The translations under genes and the position numbers were made by a program. The notes below the pieces were generated by a model. That model saw only the letters and a program-made list of their open reading frames with translations, had not been told where the DNA came from and did no database searches. DNA of 64,000 nt from Gemmatimonadales bacterium (GTDB lineage: Bacteria > Gemmatimonadota > Gemmatimonadetes > Gemmatimonadales > GWC2-71-9): the NCBI GenBank assembly GCA_035574255.1, contig DATLYZ010000102.1:47194-111193 (forward strand). The letters are read 5' to 3'. Below, piece by piece: positions 49,548 through 58,248 of this stretch (within the stretch, counting starts at the first letter, position 1; each line of letters starts with the position of its first letter).

Positions 49548-51488
49548 ATGCCAGCCGCCCCGCCCCCGCCCATCGGGCGCGTCGTCGCCACCGAACTCAA
49601 GCCGTCCACGCCGCACCAGTTCCATTTCTGGACCGCGCGGGAGTCTCCGATCGGGATCGGCGCCATTGTCCGGGTGGAGGCGCCGGGCCGGACCGTGCTC
49701 GGGATCGTCACGGACGGGTTCGCCTACTCCGACCTGGTCACGCCGATCCACGACGTGATCGGGGCCGACGGCGATCCGGCGGTTGCGCTCGAGACCCCCA
49801 CCGAGCGGGCCGAGATCCGGCTGTACACCGCGGCGGTCCTGCGGCAGCTCCCCGAGGAGCCGCTCCAGCCGGTGCCGCTCGGCGCGGTGCACCTCGCCAC
49901 CGATGCGGACGTGGTCACCGCGCTCCGGATGGATGCGTTCACCCAGGTCGCCGAGCCGACCGGGATCCCCTGCGGGGTGTACGCGGCGGGCGGCCTGGAA
50001 GCCCCGGTGTACCTCGACGCCGATTTCCTCCTCGGTCCCGAGGCGGCTCACCTCAACATCACGGGCGTTTCGGGCCTCGCCACCAAGACCAGCGCGGTGG
50101 AGTTCCTGCTCGCGAGCATCTTCCAGACGTTCCCGGCCCACAAGGGGACGGTGGCAGCCCTCTGCTTCAACGTGAAGGGCCCCGACCTGCTGTTCCTCGA
50201 CCAGCCGGGCGCCCTGACCGACGAGGACCGCCGCCTGTACGCGCGGCTGGGCTTGAGGCCCGAGCCGTTTCGCGACGTCCGCTACTACGCCCCGTACAAG
50301 CCGGACGGGGTGAACCTCAACACGCTCCGGACCCACGAGGCGCTGGCGGCCTCGACCGTGCCGCTGGTCTGGGGCCTCCGCGAAGTGCTGGACTACGCGG
50401 AGGTGCTCCTCAACCGGGACGACGTGGATGCGAAGGCCGGGGCGTTCATTGATTTTCTGGGCGAGCGGGTGGTGGGGCGCGAATTCCGGGACGTGACCCT
50501 GGCCGACGAGGCCCTGACCGTGCGGAGCTTCGCCGACCTGGAGGGCTTCTTCCGCCGGATCTTCGAGTTCATGGAGACCCAGGGGCGGTCCAGCGAGGTC
50601 TGGCGCAACCACCATCTGGCCACCATCCGGAAAGTGCGCAATCGCCTGGGCAATATCAGCGTCCGGGCCAAGGGGCTGGTCACCGATGACGGCATCGCGA
50701 GCGACTTGCCCTGGGGCGCGTTCGCCGACCGGAGCGTCCACGTCATCGACGTGGCGGGCCTCGACCCGCTGGTGCAGGACCTGGTGTTCGCCCGCGTCGT
50801 CTCGAAGCTCCGCGAGCATCTCGAGCGCCGCGATCTCGGGGTGGACCATGTGGTGGTTTTCGTGGACGAGCTCAACAAGTATGCGCCCACCGATGGGCAG
50901 GACACCTACGTGCGGCGGATGCTGCTCGATCTCTCCGAGCGGGGGCGCTACCTGGGGCTGGTGCTGTTCTCGGCGCAGCAGTTCCGCTCCCAGGTGCTGC
51001 GCCGCGTGGTGGGCAACGCGGGTACGACCGTGTTCGGCCGCATGGACATGGACGAGCTGGCCCTCCCGGGTTACGCGACGCTCTCTCCCGCGACCAAGGC
51101 CAAGCTGGCGGCCCTCCCCAAGGGCGAGCTCATGATCCGCCACCCGCACTTCACCCAGCCGCTCTTCGTGCGTTTCCCCCGGCCCGCGGTGCTCCCCGGA
51201 CGCCTGGGCGTGGAGCGATTCCCCCCGGCGGCCGACCTCCCGTTCGCCCAGGCCGTGGCTCGCCAGCTCCGGGCCCTCGACCCGGGCATCACGACCCCCA
51301 AGGTGGAGCACCTGATCCACGGCCGCCGCGAGGACGACGTCCGGCGCGCCCTCCACGCCACCCGCCGGATGCGTCCCGAGAACGTGCTCGGCTTCTTCAC
51401 GAGCCAGCTCGGCCGGCGGGTGGAGCGCGAGGTGGCGCCCCCGCGGAGCATCCCCGCCCTCAAGCAGAGCGACGATCCGTACGGGTGA
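49548..51488 (+). CDS. herA: HerA/FtsK-superfamily ATPase (HAS-barrel-like N-terminus) with atypical P-loop
   Basis: N-terminal IGRVVATE...GAIVRVEA...VLGIVTDG barrel-like segment. P-loop position reads NITGVSGLATKTS. Walker B is HVVVFVDELNKYAP, followed by LVLFSAQQFRSQV. Confidence 0.65.
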   Translation: MPAAPPPPIGRVVATELKPSTPHQFHFWTARESPIGIGAIVRVEAPGRTVLGIVTDGFAYSDLVTPIHDVIGADGDPAVALETPTERAEIRLYTAAVLRQLPEEPLQPVPLGAVHLATDADVVTALRMDAFTQVAEPTGIPCGVYAAGGLEAPVYLDADFLLGPEAAHLNITGVSGLATKTSAVEFLLASIFQTFPAHKGTVAALCFNVKGPDLLFLDQPGALTDEDRRLYARLGLRPEPFRDVRYYAPYKPDGVNLNTLRTHEALAASTVPLVWGLREVLDYAEVLLNRDDVDAKAGAFIDFLGERVVGREFRDVTLADEALTVRSFADLEGFFRRIFEFMETQGRSSEVWRNHHLATIRKVRNRLGNISVRAKGLVTDDGIASDLPWGAFADRSVHVIDVAGLDPLVQDLVFARVVSKLREHLERRDLGVDHVVVFVDELNKYAPTDGQDTYVRRMLLDLSERGRYLGLVLFSAQQFRSQVLRRVVGNAGTTVFGRMDMDELALPGYATLSPATKAKLAALPKGELMIRHPHFTQPLFVRFPRPAVLPGRLGVERFPPAADLPFAQAVARQLRALDPGITTPKVEHLIHGRREDDVRRALHATRRMRPENVLGFFTSQLGRRVEREVAPPRSIPALKQSDDPYG

Positions 51489-51702
51489 TCGGGCGGCCGG
51501 GGTCCGTTGGGACCTCGGGGCAGAAGCCTGACCCGAGCGACCCGGAGGGGTGACCGGCTGCCCACCCGAAGAGGCCGGCCCGGCCTCGGCTCGCCGGGAG
51601 GAGGGTTGCCAGCGACCGGCGGCGCGGCGGTCCAAACGGCGCCTCCGGAGCGAGGGCGCCCGCCGCTCTGGCCGCGCCTCCCGCTCCGCTTACCTTTCTC
51701 CC

Positions 51703-52887
51703 GTGCGACTCGCGCATCTCGCCGATCTCCACCTCGGCTTCCGGCAATACCACCGGCAGACCCCGAACGGCATCAATCAGCGTGAGGCCGACGTGGCGCG
51801 CGCCTTTCGCCTCGCGGTGGACCAGGTCATCGCGGCGAAGCCCCAGGCGATCGTCGTGGCGGGCGACCTGTTCCACTCGGTGCGGCCCAGCAACCCCGCC
51901 ATCCTCTTCGCCTTCGCCCAGGTGCAGCGGCTCAGGGCCGCGCTGCCCGATACCCGGCTGGTCATCATCGCGGGGAACCACGACACGCCGCGCTCGACCG
52001 AGACGGGGTCCATCCTCGCGCTCTTTGCGAATCTGGGCGCCGATGTGGTGGCGGACCGGCCCAGGCGGCTCGCGTACCCGGAGCTGGATCTGAGCATTCT
52101 CGCGGTGCCGCACCTGGCGCTCGTCACCGGCCAGCGCCCGGTGCTCGAACCGGAAGGACGGGAGCGCTTCCAGGTGCTGCTGCTCCACGGCGAGGTGGCC
52201 GGGATCATCCCGGAGGACCGCTCCAGCCTGGAGTACGGCGGCGCCCAGATCCAGCCCGAAGAACTCGCCCGCGGCGGGTGGAGCTACGTTGCGCTGGGCC
52301 ACTATCATGTGCAGCGCGAGGTGGGGCCGCGCACCTGGTATGCGGGGGCGCTGGACTATGTGAGCCCCAATCCCTGGGGCGAGCTGCACGAGGAGGAACG
52401 GCTCCGGATCCCGGGCAAGGGCTGGCTGCTCGCCGATCTGGACACCGGCACGGTGACCCGCCAGCCGGTCCCGCCGGCCCGGCGGGTGATTGACCTGCCG
52501 CCCCTCGAGGGCGCCGGGCTCTCCGCGGCCGAACTCGACCAGCGGATCGCGGCGGCGATCGCAGCCGTCCCGGGCGGGATCCGGGACCAGATCGTGCGCC
52601 AGGTGGTCTGGAACGTGCTGCGCCCGGTGGGCCGCGAACTCAACCACTCGGCCATCCGGGCGTACAAGGCCGAGGCGCTGCATTATCACCTCGACCTGCG
52701 GCGCCCCGAACCCACCCGCGAGCCGGGGATCTCCGCCCCGGGCCGCCGCCAGACCCTCCCCGAGCTCGTGAGCCAGTTTCTCCGCCGCCGCGCCCTGCCG
52801 GCGGACCTCGACCGGGAGGCCTTCGTCCGGGCCGGCACGGAACTCATGGCCGAGGTCGAGCGGGAGTGGGCCGGGATGGAGGGCTGA
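51703..52887 (+). CDS. sbcD: Mre11/SbcD-type DNA repair exonuclease
   Basis: Phosphoesterase motifs LADLHLG, AGDLFH, AGNHD, LLLHG and LGHYH. GTG start at 51703. Confidence 0.85.
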   Translation: MRLAHLADLHLGFRQYHRQTPNGINQREADVARAFRLAVDQVIAAKPQAIVVAGDLFHSVRPSNPAILFAFAQVQRLRAALPDTRLVIIAGNHDTPRSTETGSILALFANLGADVVADRPRRLAYPELDLSILAVPHLALVTGQRPVLEPEGRERFQVLLLHGEVAGIIPEDRSSLEYGGAQIQPEELARGGWSYVALGHYHVQREVGPRTWYAGALDYVSPNPWGELHEEERLRIPGKGWLLADLDTGTVTRQPVPPARRVIDLPPLEGAGLSAAELDQRIAAAIAAVPGGIRDQIVRQVVWNVLRPVGRELNHSAIRAYKAEALHYHLDLRRPEPTREPGISAPGRRQTLPELVSQFLRRRALPADLDREAFVRAGTELMAEVEREWAGMEG

Positions 52888-55310
52888 TGCAGCTGGAGCG
52901 CCTTCGGCTCGTCAACTTCCGGCAGCACGAGGACACCGAGCTCGTGCTGGGCGCGGGGCTCACGGGGATCATCGGGCCGAACGGCTCGGGCAAGACCACG
53001 CTGCTCGAGGCGATCGCCTGGGCGCTCTACGGCAGTCAGGCGACCCGCGGCACCAAGGAGACGATCCGCCGCCGTGGCGCGGGGGCCCGGGCCCCGGTGC
53101 GGGTCGAGCTCGACTTCGTCCTCGGGCCGCACCGCTACCGGGTGGTCCGGTCCCTCAACACCGCCGAGCTGTACCAGGACCACGACTCGGCCCCAATCGC
53201 CCTGAGCCTGGAGGCGGTCACCGAGAAGATCACCCGGCTCCTCGGCATGACGCGCGAGGAGTTCTTCAATACCTACTTCACGGGACAGAAACAGCTTGCC
53301 GTGATGGCCGCGCTGGGCCCCAGCGATCGGGCCCAGTTTCTGTCGCGCGTCCTGGGCTACGAACGGCTCAAGGTCGCCCAGGAACGGCTGCGCGAACGGC
53401 GGACCGAGCTGCGGCTCCGGTTGCAGGCCCTGGAGTCGAGCCTCCCCTCGCTGGAGGAACTCGATCAGGCGGAAGCCAAGGCCCGCGAACGGCTCGAGGC
53501 GGCGCGGGCGGCCGAAGCCCGGGCGAAGGCCGCGGAACGGGCCGCCCAGGACCGGCTCGCCCAGGCGGAGCCTGCCTGGCGCGAGGCCCAGCAGGCCCGG
53601 GACCGGATGGCCGCGCTGGCGGCCGACCTCCGCCTCGCGGAGCACCGGGTGAGCGACGCGCGCGAAGCGTTCCAGCAGCTGGACCGCCGGCTGGTGGAGG
53701 CCAACGAAGCCCGACTCAAGCTCGAGACCCTTGCGGAGCACCTTGCCCCCCTGGATCGCCTCCGCCGGGAGCGGCAACACCTCGACGAGCTGGCCGAGGG
53801 GTACTCCCGGCGCCGGACTGCGGCGGGGCAGCTCGACGAGGCCCGGAACGCGCTCGCCGCGGTGCTGGACCGGGTGCGGCGCCTGCCGCCCGCGCACGCG
53901 CTCGAGGCGGCCCGGGAGCGGATGGAGGCGCTCGGGCGCCGGGTTCGGGAGCTGGGGGAGGCGATCGAGGAGCGGCGCGCCGCCTGGGTCCGGGACAAGA
54001 CCGACGCCGACACCCGGCTGGCAACGCTTCGCGAGCAATACCTCGAATTGAAGAAACAGCACGAGCGCATCACCCGGGCCGGCCCCGATGGCGTGTGTCC
54101 CACCTGCGCCCGGCCGCTGGGCGCCGAGTTCGCGAAGGTGCTGGAGCTGTTGGACCGGCAGCTTCAGGAGGTCCTCTTCAACGGCAACTTCTACAAGCAA
54201 CGGGCGGACCAGCTCGAGCATCCGCCGCCGGAGCTCCGGGACCTGGAGCGCGAGCGGGCGGAGGCGGAGAAGGCCTTTCAGGAGGCGACCCGGGAGTACG
54301 GCAGTCTCCAGGCGCAGGCCCGGGAAGGGCCAGGGCTGGAAGTCGAGCAGGCGCGGCTGGAGGGACGCATCCGGGAGCTCGAACACGTCCTGCGCGAAGC
54401 GCCGGACGGGTACGACCACGAGCGCCATCAGGAAGTGCGGCGGTTGCTCGAGCAGCTCGAGCCGATCGCGCTGGAGGCCGAGCGATTCCGCTACGCCGCG
54501 GAACAGGCCGGCGCCCTGGTGCACCAGGCCGAGGCGGCGGAGCGGGAACTCACCGAGCGCGAGGCCCGGGCCCGGGCGATTCGCGAGCAACTGCTGGCCC
54601 TGGGGTACTCGGAGGAGGCGTTCGCCAGGGCCCGAGAGGCCTTCGAGGCGGCCGAGCGCGCGCGGCGTGAGGCGGAGCTGGCGGGGGTGCGGGCCCGGGC
54701 CGAGGTGGGAGCGGCGGAGGAGGGAATGCGCCAGGTGGCGGCGCGCCGTGCGGAACGGGCTCGACGGGAAGCCGAGGCCAAACAGGCCGCGGCCGAACTC
54801 GCCCTCTACCAGGAACTCGACCGGGCGTTCTCCGATCTCCGGACCCATCTGAACCTTCAGCTCCGGCCCGATCTCTCGGAGCTGGCCAGCGGGTTCGTCC
54901 GCGACCTCACCAACGGCCGGTACAGCGAGATCGAACTGGACGAGGATTACGAGGCGACCCTGCTCGAGGGAGGCGAGCCGCGGCCGGTGATCTCGGGCGG
55001 CGAGGAGGACATTGCCAACCTGGCTCTGCGGCTCGCCATCAGCCAGATGATCGCGGACCGGGCGGGGCAGCCCCTCTCGCTCCTGGTGCTGGACGAGATC
55101 TTCGGGTCGCTCGACGAGGAGCGGCGCAACGCCGTGCTCGACCTGCTCAGGAGCCTGGCGGACCGTTTTCCGCAGGTGATCCTCATCACGCACATCGAGG
55201 CGGTGCGGGAGGGATTCGACCGCGTGATCCGGGTGGATTTCGACGCCGAGCGGGGTGCCGCGCGGGTGCGGGACGAGGCGCCGGGAGCGCTGGATGGCCT
55301 GGCTGCCTGA
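52887..55310 (+). CDS. sbcC: Rad50/SbcC-type SMC-like ATPase with CxxC zinc hook
   Basis: Walker A GPNGSGKTT, long coiled coils, central GVCPTCARPLG hook, signature SGGEEDIANLALRLA and Walker B LLVLDEIFGSLD. TGATG overlap with the upstream gene. Confidence 0.85.
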   Translation: MQLERLRLVNFRQHEDTELVLGAGLTGIIGPNGSGKTTLLEAIAWALYGSQATRGTKETIRRRGAGARAPVRVELDFVLGPHRYRVVRSLNTAELYQDHDSAPIALSLEAVTEKITRLLGMTREEFFNTYFTGQKQLAVMAALGPSDRAQFLSRVLGYERLKVAQERLRERRTELRLRLQALESSLPSLEELDQAEAKARERLEAARAAEARAKAAERAAQDRLAQAEPAWREAQQARDRMAALAADLRLAEHRVSDAREAFQQLDRRLVEANEARLKLETLAEHLAPLDRLRRERQHLDELAEGYSRRRTAAGQLDEARNALAAVLDRVRRLPPAHALEAARERMEALGRRVRELGEAIEERRAAWVRDKTDADTRLATLREQYLELKKQHERITRAGPDGVCPTCARPLGAEFAKVLELLDRQLQEVLFNGNFYKQRADQLEHPPPELRDLERERAEAEKAFQEATREYGSLQAQAREGPGLEVEQARLEGRIRELEHVLREAPDGYDHERHQEVRRLLEQLEPIALEAERFRYAAEQAGALVHQAEAAERELTEREARARAIREQLLALGYSEEAFARAREAFEAAERARREAELAGVRARAEVGAAEEGMRQVAARRAERARREAEAKQAAAELALYQELDRAFSDLRTHLNLQLRPDLSELASGFVRDLTNGRYSEIELDEDYEATLLEGGEPRPVISGGEEDIANLALRLAISQMIADRAGQPLSLLVLDEIFGSLDEERRNAVLDLLRSLADRFPQVILITHIEAVREGFDRVIRVDFDAERGAARVRDEAPGALDGLAA

Positions 55311-56262
55311 CCGGGAGATCTACGGGCCGGAGCGGCCGTCGGTCCGGGACATCGAGCCCTTGAACCGGGTGTTCTCCGAGGCCTTCACCGACCGCTACCG
55401 CCGCGACGGGATGACCGGGGTCCGGGTGCCGCACCTCAATCCGATGATCTGGCGGTACGCGCTGGAGGACGCCGGCGACGGGGCGATGGTCTGGCGGGAC
55501 GCCGACGGCTCGCTGGTGGGGTTCAACATCGTGCATCTCTCCGGGCGCGAGGGATGGATGGGGCCGCTCGCGGTCCGGCCCGACCGCCAGGGATTCGGAT
55601 TGGGCAAGGCGATGATCCGCGCCGGGGTGGAGTGGCTCCGGGCCCGACAGGCGCGGACCATCGGTCTCGAGACCATGCCTCGCACCATCGAGAACATCGG
55701 GTTCTACAGCCGGCTGGGGTTCGCACCCGGGCACCTCACGATCACCGTCACCCGCGAGACCGCTCGCCGGCCGGTGCCGCTGCCGGAACTGCTGTCGGCC
55801 GCGGGAGCGGCACGGCCCGAGCGGCTGCGGGAGTGCCGGGAACTCACCGCCGAGCTGGTGCCCGGCACGGATTTCACGCGCGAGCAGACGCTGACGGCGG
55901 AACTCCGGATCGGCGACACCGTCCTGGCGCGCGACCCTGGGGGGCGGCTCGCAGGGTTTGCCCTGGTCCACACCGCCCCGCTGGCCGCGGGCCGGCCGCC
56001 GGACGAGCTCCGGGTGCTCAAGCTGGTCGCGCGCGACGCGGCCACCTTCGACCGGCTGCTCGACGCCGTGGAGGCCACGGCCCTGCTGAGCGATATCCAG
56101 CGCACGAGCCTCCGGGCCCAGACCGCCTTCGCGGACGCCTATCAGCGGCTCATCCAGCAGGGGTTCCGGGCCCACTGGACCGATCTGCGGATGTCGCTGG
56201 TGAGCCATCCGGAACTGGAGCCGCCGGGCGAGGCGGTGGTGTTCTCCAACTGGGAGATCTGA
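55294..56262 (+). CDS. GNAT family N-acetyltransferase (two-domain)
   Basis: LAVRPDRQGFGLGKAMIRAG acetyl-CoA-binding motif. ATG 55294 overlaps the rad50-like stop by 17 nt. Confidence 0.75.
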   Translation: MAWLPDREIYGPERPSVRDIEPLNRVFSEAFTDRYRRDGMTGVRVPHLNPMIWRYALEDAGDGAMVWRDADGSLVGFNIVHLSGREGWMGPLAVRPDRQGFGLGKAMIRAGVEWLRARQARTIGLETMPRTIENIGFYSRLGFAPGHLTITVTRETARRPVPLPELLSAAGAARPERLRECRELTAELVPGTDFTREQTLTAELRIGDTVLARDPGGRLAGFALVHTAPLAAGRPPDELRVLKLVARDAATFDRLLDAVEATALLSDIQRTSLRAQTAFADAYQRLIQQGFRAHWTDLRMSLVSHPELEPPGEAVVFSNWEI

Positions 56263-56277
56263 CGCCGAGCGGGACCC

Positions 56278-56368
56278 CCGGGGGAGAGGGAGGGGGGGGG
56301 CGACGCCGCGCCCGGCAGCCGGCGGACCGTGCGGCACCCGAGTGCGTGCCTCCCCCCCTCCCCCCCCC
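56278..56368. repeat. G-rich arm (G7-AGA-G3-A-G9, 56278-56300) and C-rich arm (C2-T-C7-T-C9, 56349-56368) flanking about 48 nt in a convergent intergenic gap
   Basis: Counted directly. The arms are largely complementary, and each presents a G-tract on the sense strand of the gene it follows. Confidence 0.8.
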
Positions 56369-56444
56369 GTCATGCCGGCGAGAGCCGGGCATCCGGTGGC
56401 GACCCGCCTGGACCCCGGCGTTCGCCGAGGTGGCGGCCGGGGCG

Positions 56445-57776
56445 TCACCCGTTCGCCGCCTCTCCCGCCCCGTAGAGCCGGGAGTGCCGGTAGCGTTCGA
56501 TGGCGAGCGTCCCCAGCAGCTTCACGAGCACCGCCAGGGGCACCGCCAGGAGGAGCCCCGCCAAGCCGAGCAGCGCCCCGCCGAACGCGAGCGCCAGCAT
56601 GATCACCACCGGGTGCAGTCCCACCGAGCCGCCGACGATCCGGGGGCCGGTGACGGACCCGTCGAGGAACTGCACCACGGCGAACACGATCCCCACCCGG
56701 AGCAGCCCGCTGCCCGGGGAGGGCATCGCCAGGGCCACGACCAGCGCCGGGAGGAGCGAGATCAGGAGCCCCACATAGGGGATGAGGTTGAACACGCCCG
56801 CCGTGACACCCAGGAGGAGGGCACTCGGCACACCGAGTAGGGCGAGGCCGATCCCGGTGAGGATCCCGACCAGCGTGGCTTCGAGGAGCTGGCCCCGGAC
56901 GAAGCGGCCCAGCGCGGCGTCGTAGCGTTCGAGGAACTCGACCGCGCTGGCCCGGGTTCCGGGCGGGATGAGGCCTTCGAGAAACTCGAGCAGCGGGCGC
57001 CAGTCGCGCAGCACGTAGAACGCCACGATCGGGGTCACGACCACGTAGCCCAGGAACCCGACCAGCGTGCCGACCCGGCGGGCAAAGGCCCACCCCCACT
57101 CCGCGACCCGGCTCAGGATCTCGTCGGCGTTCTGCTGGAGCAGCAGCGCCAGTTGCTGGGCGTCGAAGCCGCGGATCCAGGTTCGCTGCTCCTCGGTGAG
57201 AAACGCCAGGCCGGCGATTCGGGTGCGGAGCCCCTGGAGCGCCTCCAGCACCGTGGTCGCGAAGCGGGGGAACGCCTCGACCAGCGCCACCGCCTGGCTC
57301 CAGAGTTGCGGCGCGGCCAGGCTGAAGAGCGTGATGGCCACCCCCACCGGGGGGACGCACACCAGGACGATGGCGAGACCGCGGTTCACCCCGCGGCGTT
57401 CGAGCCGCGCGACGAGAGGGGCGAGCAGGTAGGCGACCGCGAGCGCCAGCAGGAAGGGGCCGAGGAGGCTCCCGTAGAGGTGGAGGGTCCAGATGATGGT
57501 GAGCAGGACGGCCGAGACCAGGACCATCCGTACTCCCGGCCGTCCGCGGAGCGGCCAGCCTGCGAAGAGCAGGAACGGCAGCACCACGGGCGGGACCAGC
57601 ACCTCCCGGACGCTCACGAGGAGCAGGACGAAGAGGGCGCCGGTGAGGATAGTGGGGAGTGGATCGCGGGCGGGAGCTTCCACGAGGCGCTCCAGTCGTG
57701 GGTTCGGGGTGGAGTCAGTCGGCGATGCACGGGTGGGGGAGGGCCGGCTCCCGGAAGCTCGGGTCGGATGGCTCAC
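56445..57776 (-). CDS. AI-2E family (PerM/YhhT-like) transporter
   Basis: 443 aa, about 8 TM segments, with PYVGLLISLLPALVVA and HPVVIMLALAFGGALLG strings typical of the family. The exact start is uncertain. Confidence 0.8.
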   Translation of the reverse strand: MSHPTRASGSRPSPTRASPTDSTPNPRLERLVEAPARDPLPTILTGALFVLLLVSVREVLVPPVVLPFLLFAGWPLRGRPGVRMVLVSAVLLTIIWTLHLYGSLLGPFLLALAVAYLLAPLVARLERRGVNRGLAIVLVCVPPVGVAITLFSLAAPQLWSQAVALVEAFPRFATTVLEALQGLRTRIAGLAFLTEEQRTWIRGFDAQQLALLLQQNADEILSRVAEWGWAFARRVGTLVGFLGYVVVTPIVAFYVLRDWRPLLEFLEGLIPPGTRASAVEFLERYDAALGRFVRGQLLEATLVGILTGIGLALLGVPSALLLGVTAGVFNLIPYVGLLISLLPALVVALAMPSPGSGLLRVGIVFAVVQFLDGSVTGPRIVGGSVGLHPVVIMLALAFGGALLGLAGLLLAVPLAVLVKLLGTLAIERYRHSRLYGAGEAANG

Positions 57777-57805
57777 TCGGGGGCCGCGCCGGTCGGCCCC
57801 CCGCT

Positions 57806-57846
57806 CCCCGTTCCGCGTTCCCGTTTACTGTTTGCCGTTTCCCGTG
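57806..57846 (+). repeat. heptad-phased array (GTTCCGC GTTCCC GTTTACT GTTTGCC GTTTCCC) overlapping the 3' end of the small membrane-protein gene
   Basis: GTT recurs at 57810, 57817, 57823, 57830 and 57837, giving spacings of 7, 6, 7 and 7. Confidence 0.75.
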
Positions 57847-57983
57847 AGGGCCCACCAGCGCACCAGGAGCACTCCGGTCAGGCCGAGCAGCAGATGGAGG
57901 GGGGCCCCGGCGGGTCCCAGCGGGAAGACGAAGGTGAACAGAATCCAGACCACGAGGCAGACCAGCGCGGCGACGAGCGTCAT
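57825..57983 (-). CDS. small two-TM membrane protein (lmo0937/DUF-type)
   Basis: 52 aa: MTLVAALVCLVVWILFTFVFPLGPAGAPLHLLLGLTGVLLVRWWALTGNGKQ. ATG at 57983. Confidence 0.45.
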   Translation of the reverse strand: MTLVAALVCLVVWILFTFVFPLGPAGAPLHLLLGLTGVLLVRWWALTGNGKQ

Positions 57984-58008
57984 GGGACGAGGGGAGACGA
58001 GGGACGCG

Positions 58009-58037
58009 TTGACGGTCACGGGACCGGGCTCTATCTT
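58009..58037 (+). promoter_or_regulatory. promoter candidate TTGACG-N17-TATCTT
   Basis: Read directly, at the start of a 335-nt AT-richer non-coding region upstream of the PTPS gene. Confidence 0.4.
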
Positions 58038-58043
58038 GAGAAC

Positions 58044-58248
58044 CGAAGCGGTACCGGAGTACCCGTTATTGAGCCAACAAGTCCGATGAAGGGCCCATAT
58101 ACTGATTCCGATGTCAGGCCCCCTGGGGGAAGACAGGAGTCTCGGTGAGGGCGCCACGCATGTTCGTCGGGCTTCAATAAACCCCTCCGGTATCGCCTCA
58201 CCTGTCTTTCGCGGGGCGTCGGCCGCACCGGCCGGCGCCTCGTTGTTC
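58044..58248 (+). ncRNA. candidate about 200-nt structured RNA: either an independent sRNA or a cis-regulatory leader of the PTPS-folE operon
   Basis: Bounded by the promoter candidate and a terminator-like hairpin. There is no SD in front of its only ATG (58111). It has local hairpins (GGTAC-CGGA-GTACC) and long-range complementarity between GGTGAGG at 58144-58150 and CCTCACC at 58196-58202. No class recognised. Confidence 0.3.
58215..58248 (+). terminator. intrinsic-terminator-like hairpin
   Basis: GGCGTCGGCC-GCACC-GGCCGGCGCC (10 bp including one G-U pair), followed by TCGTTGTTC. The opposite strand lacks a U-rich tail. Confidence 0.4.
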
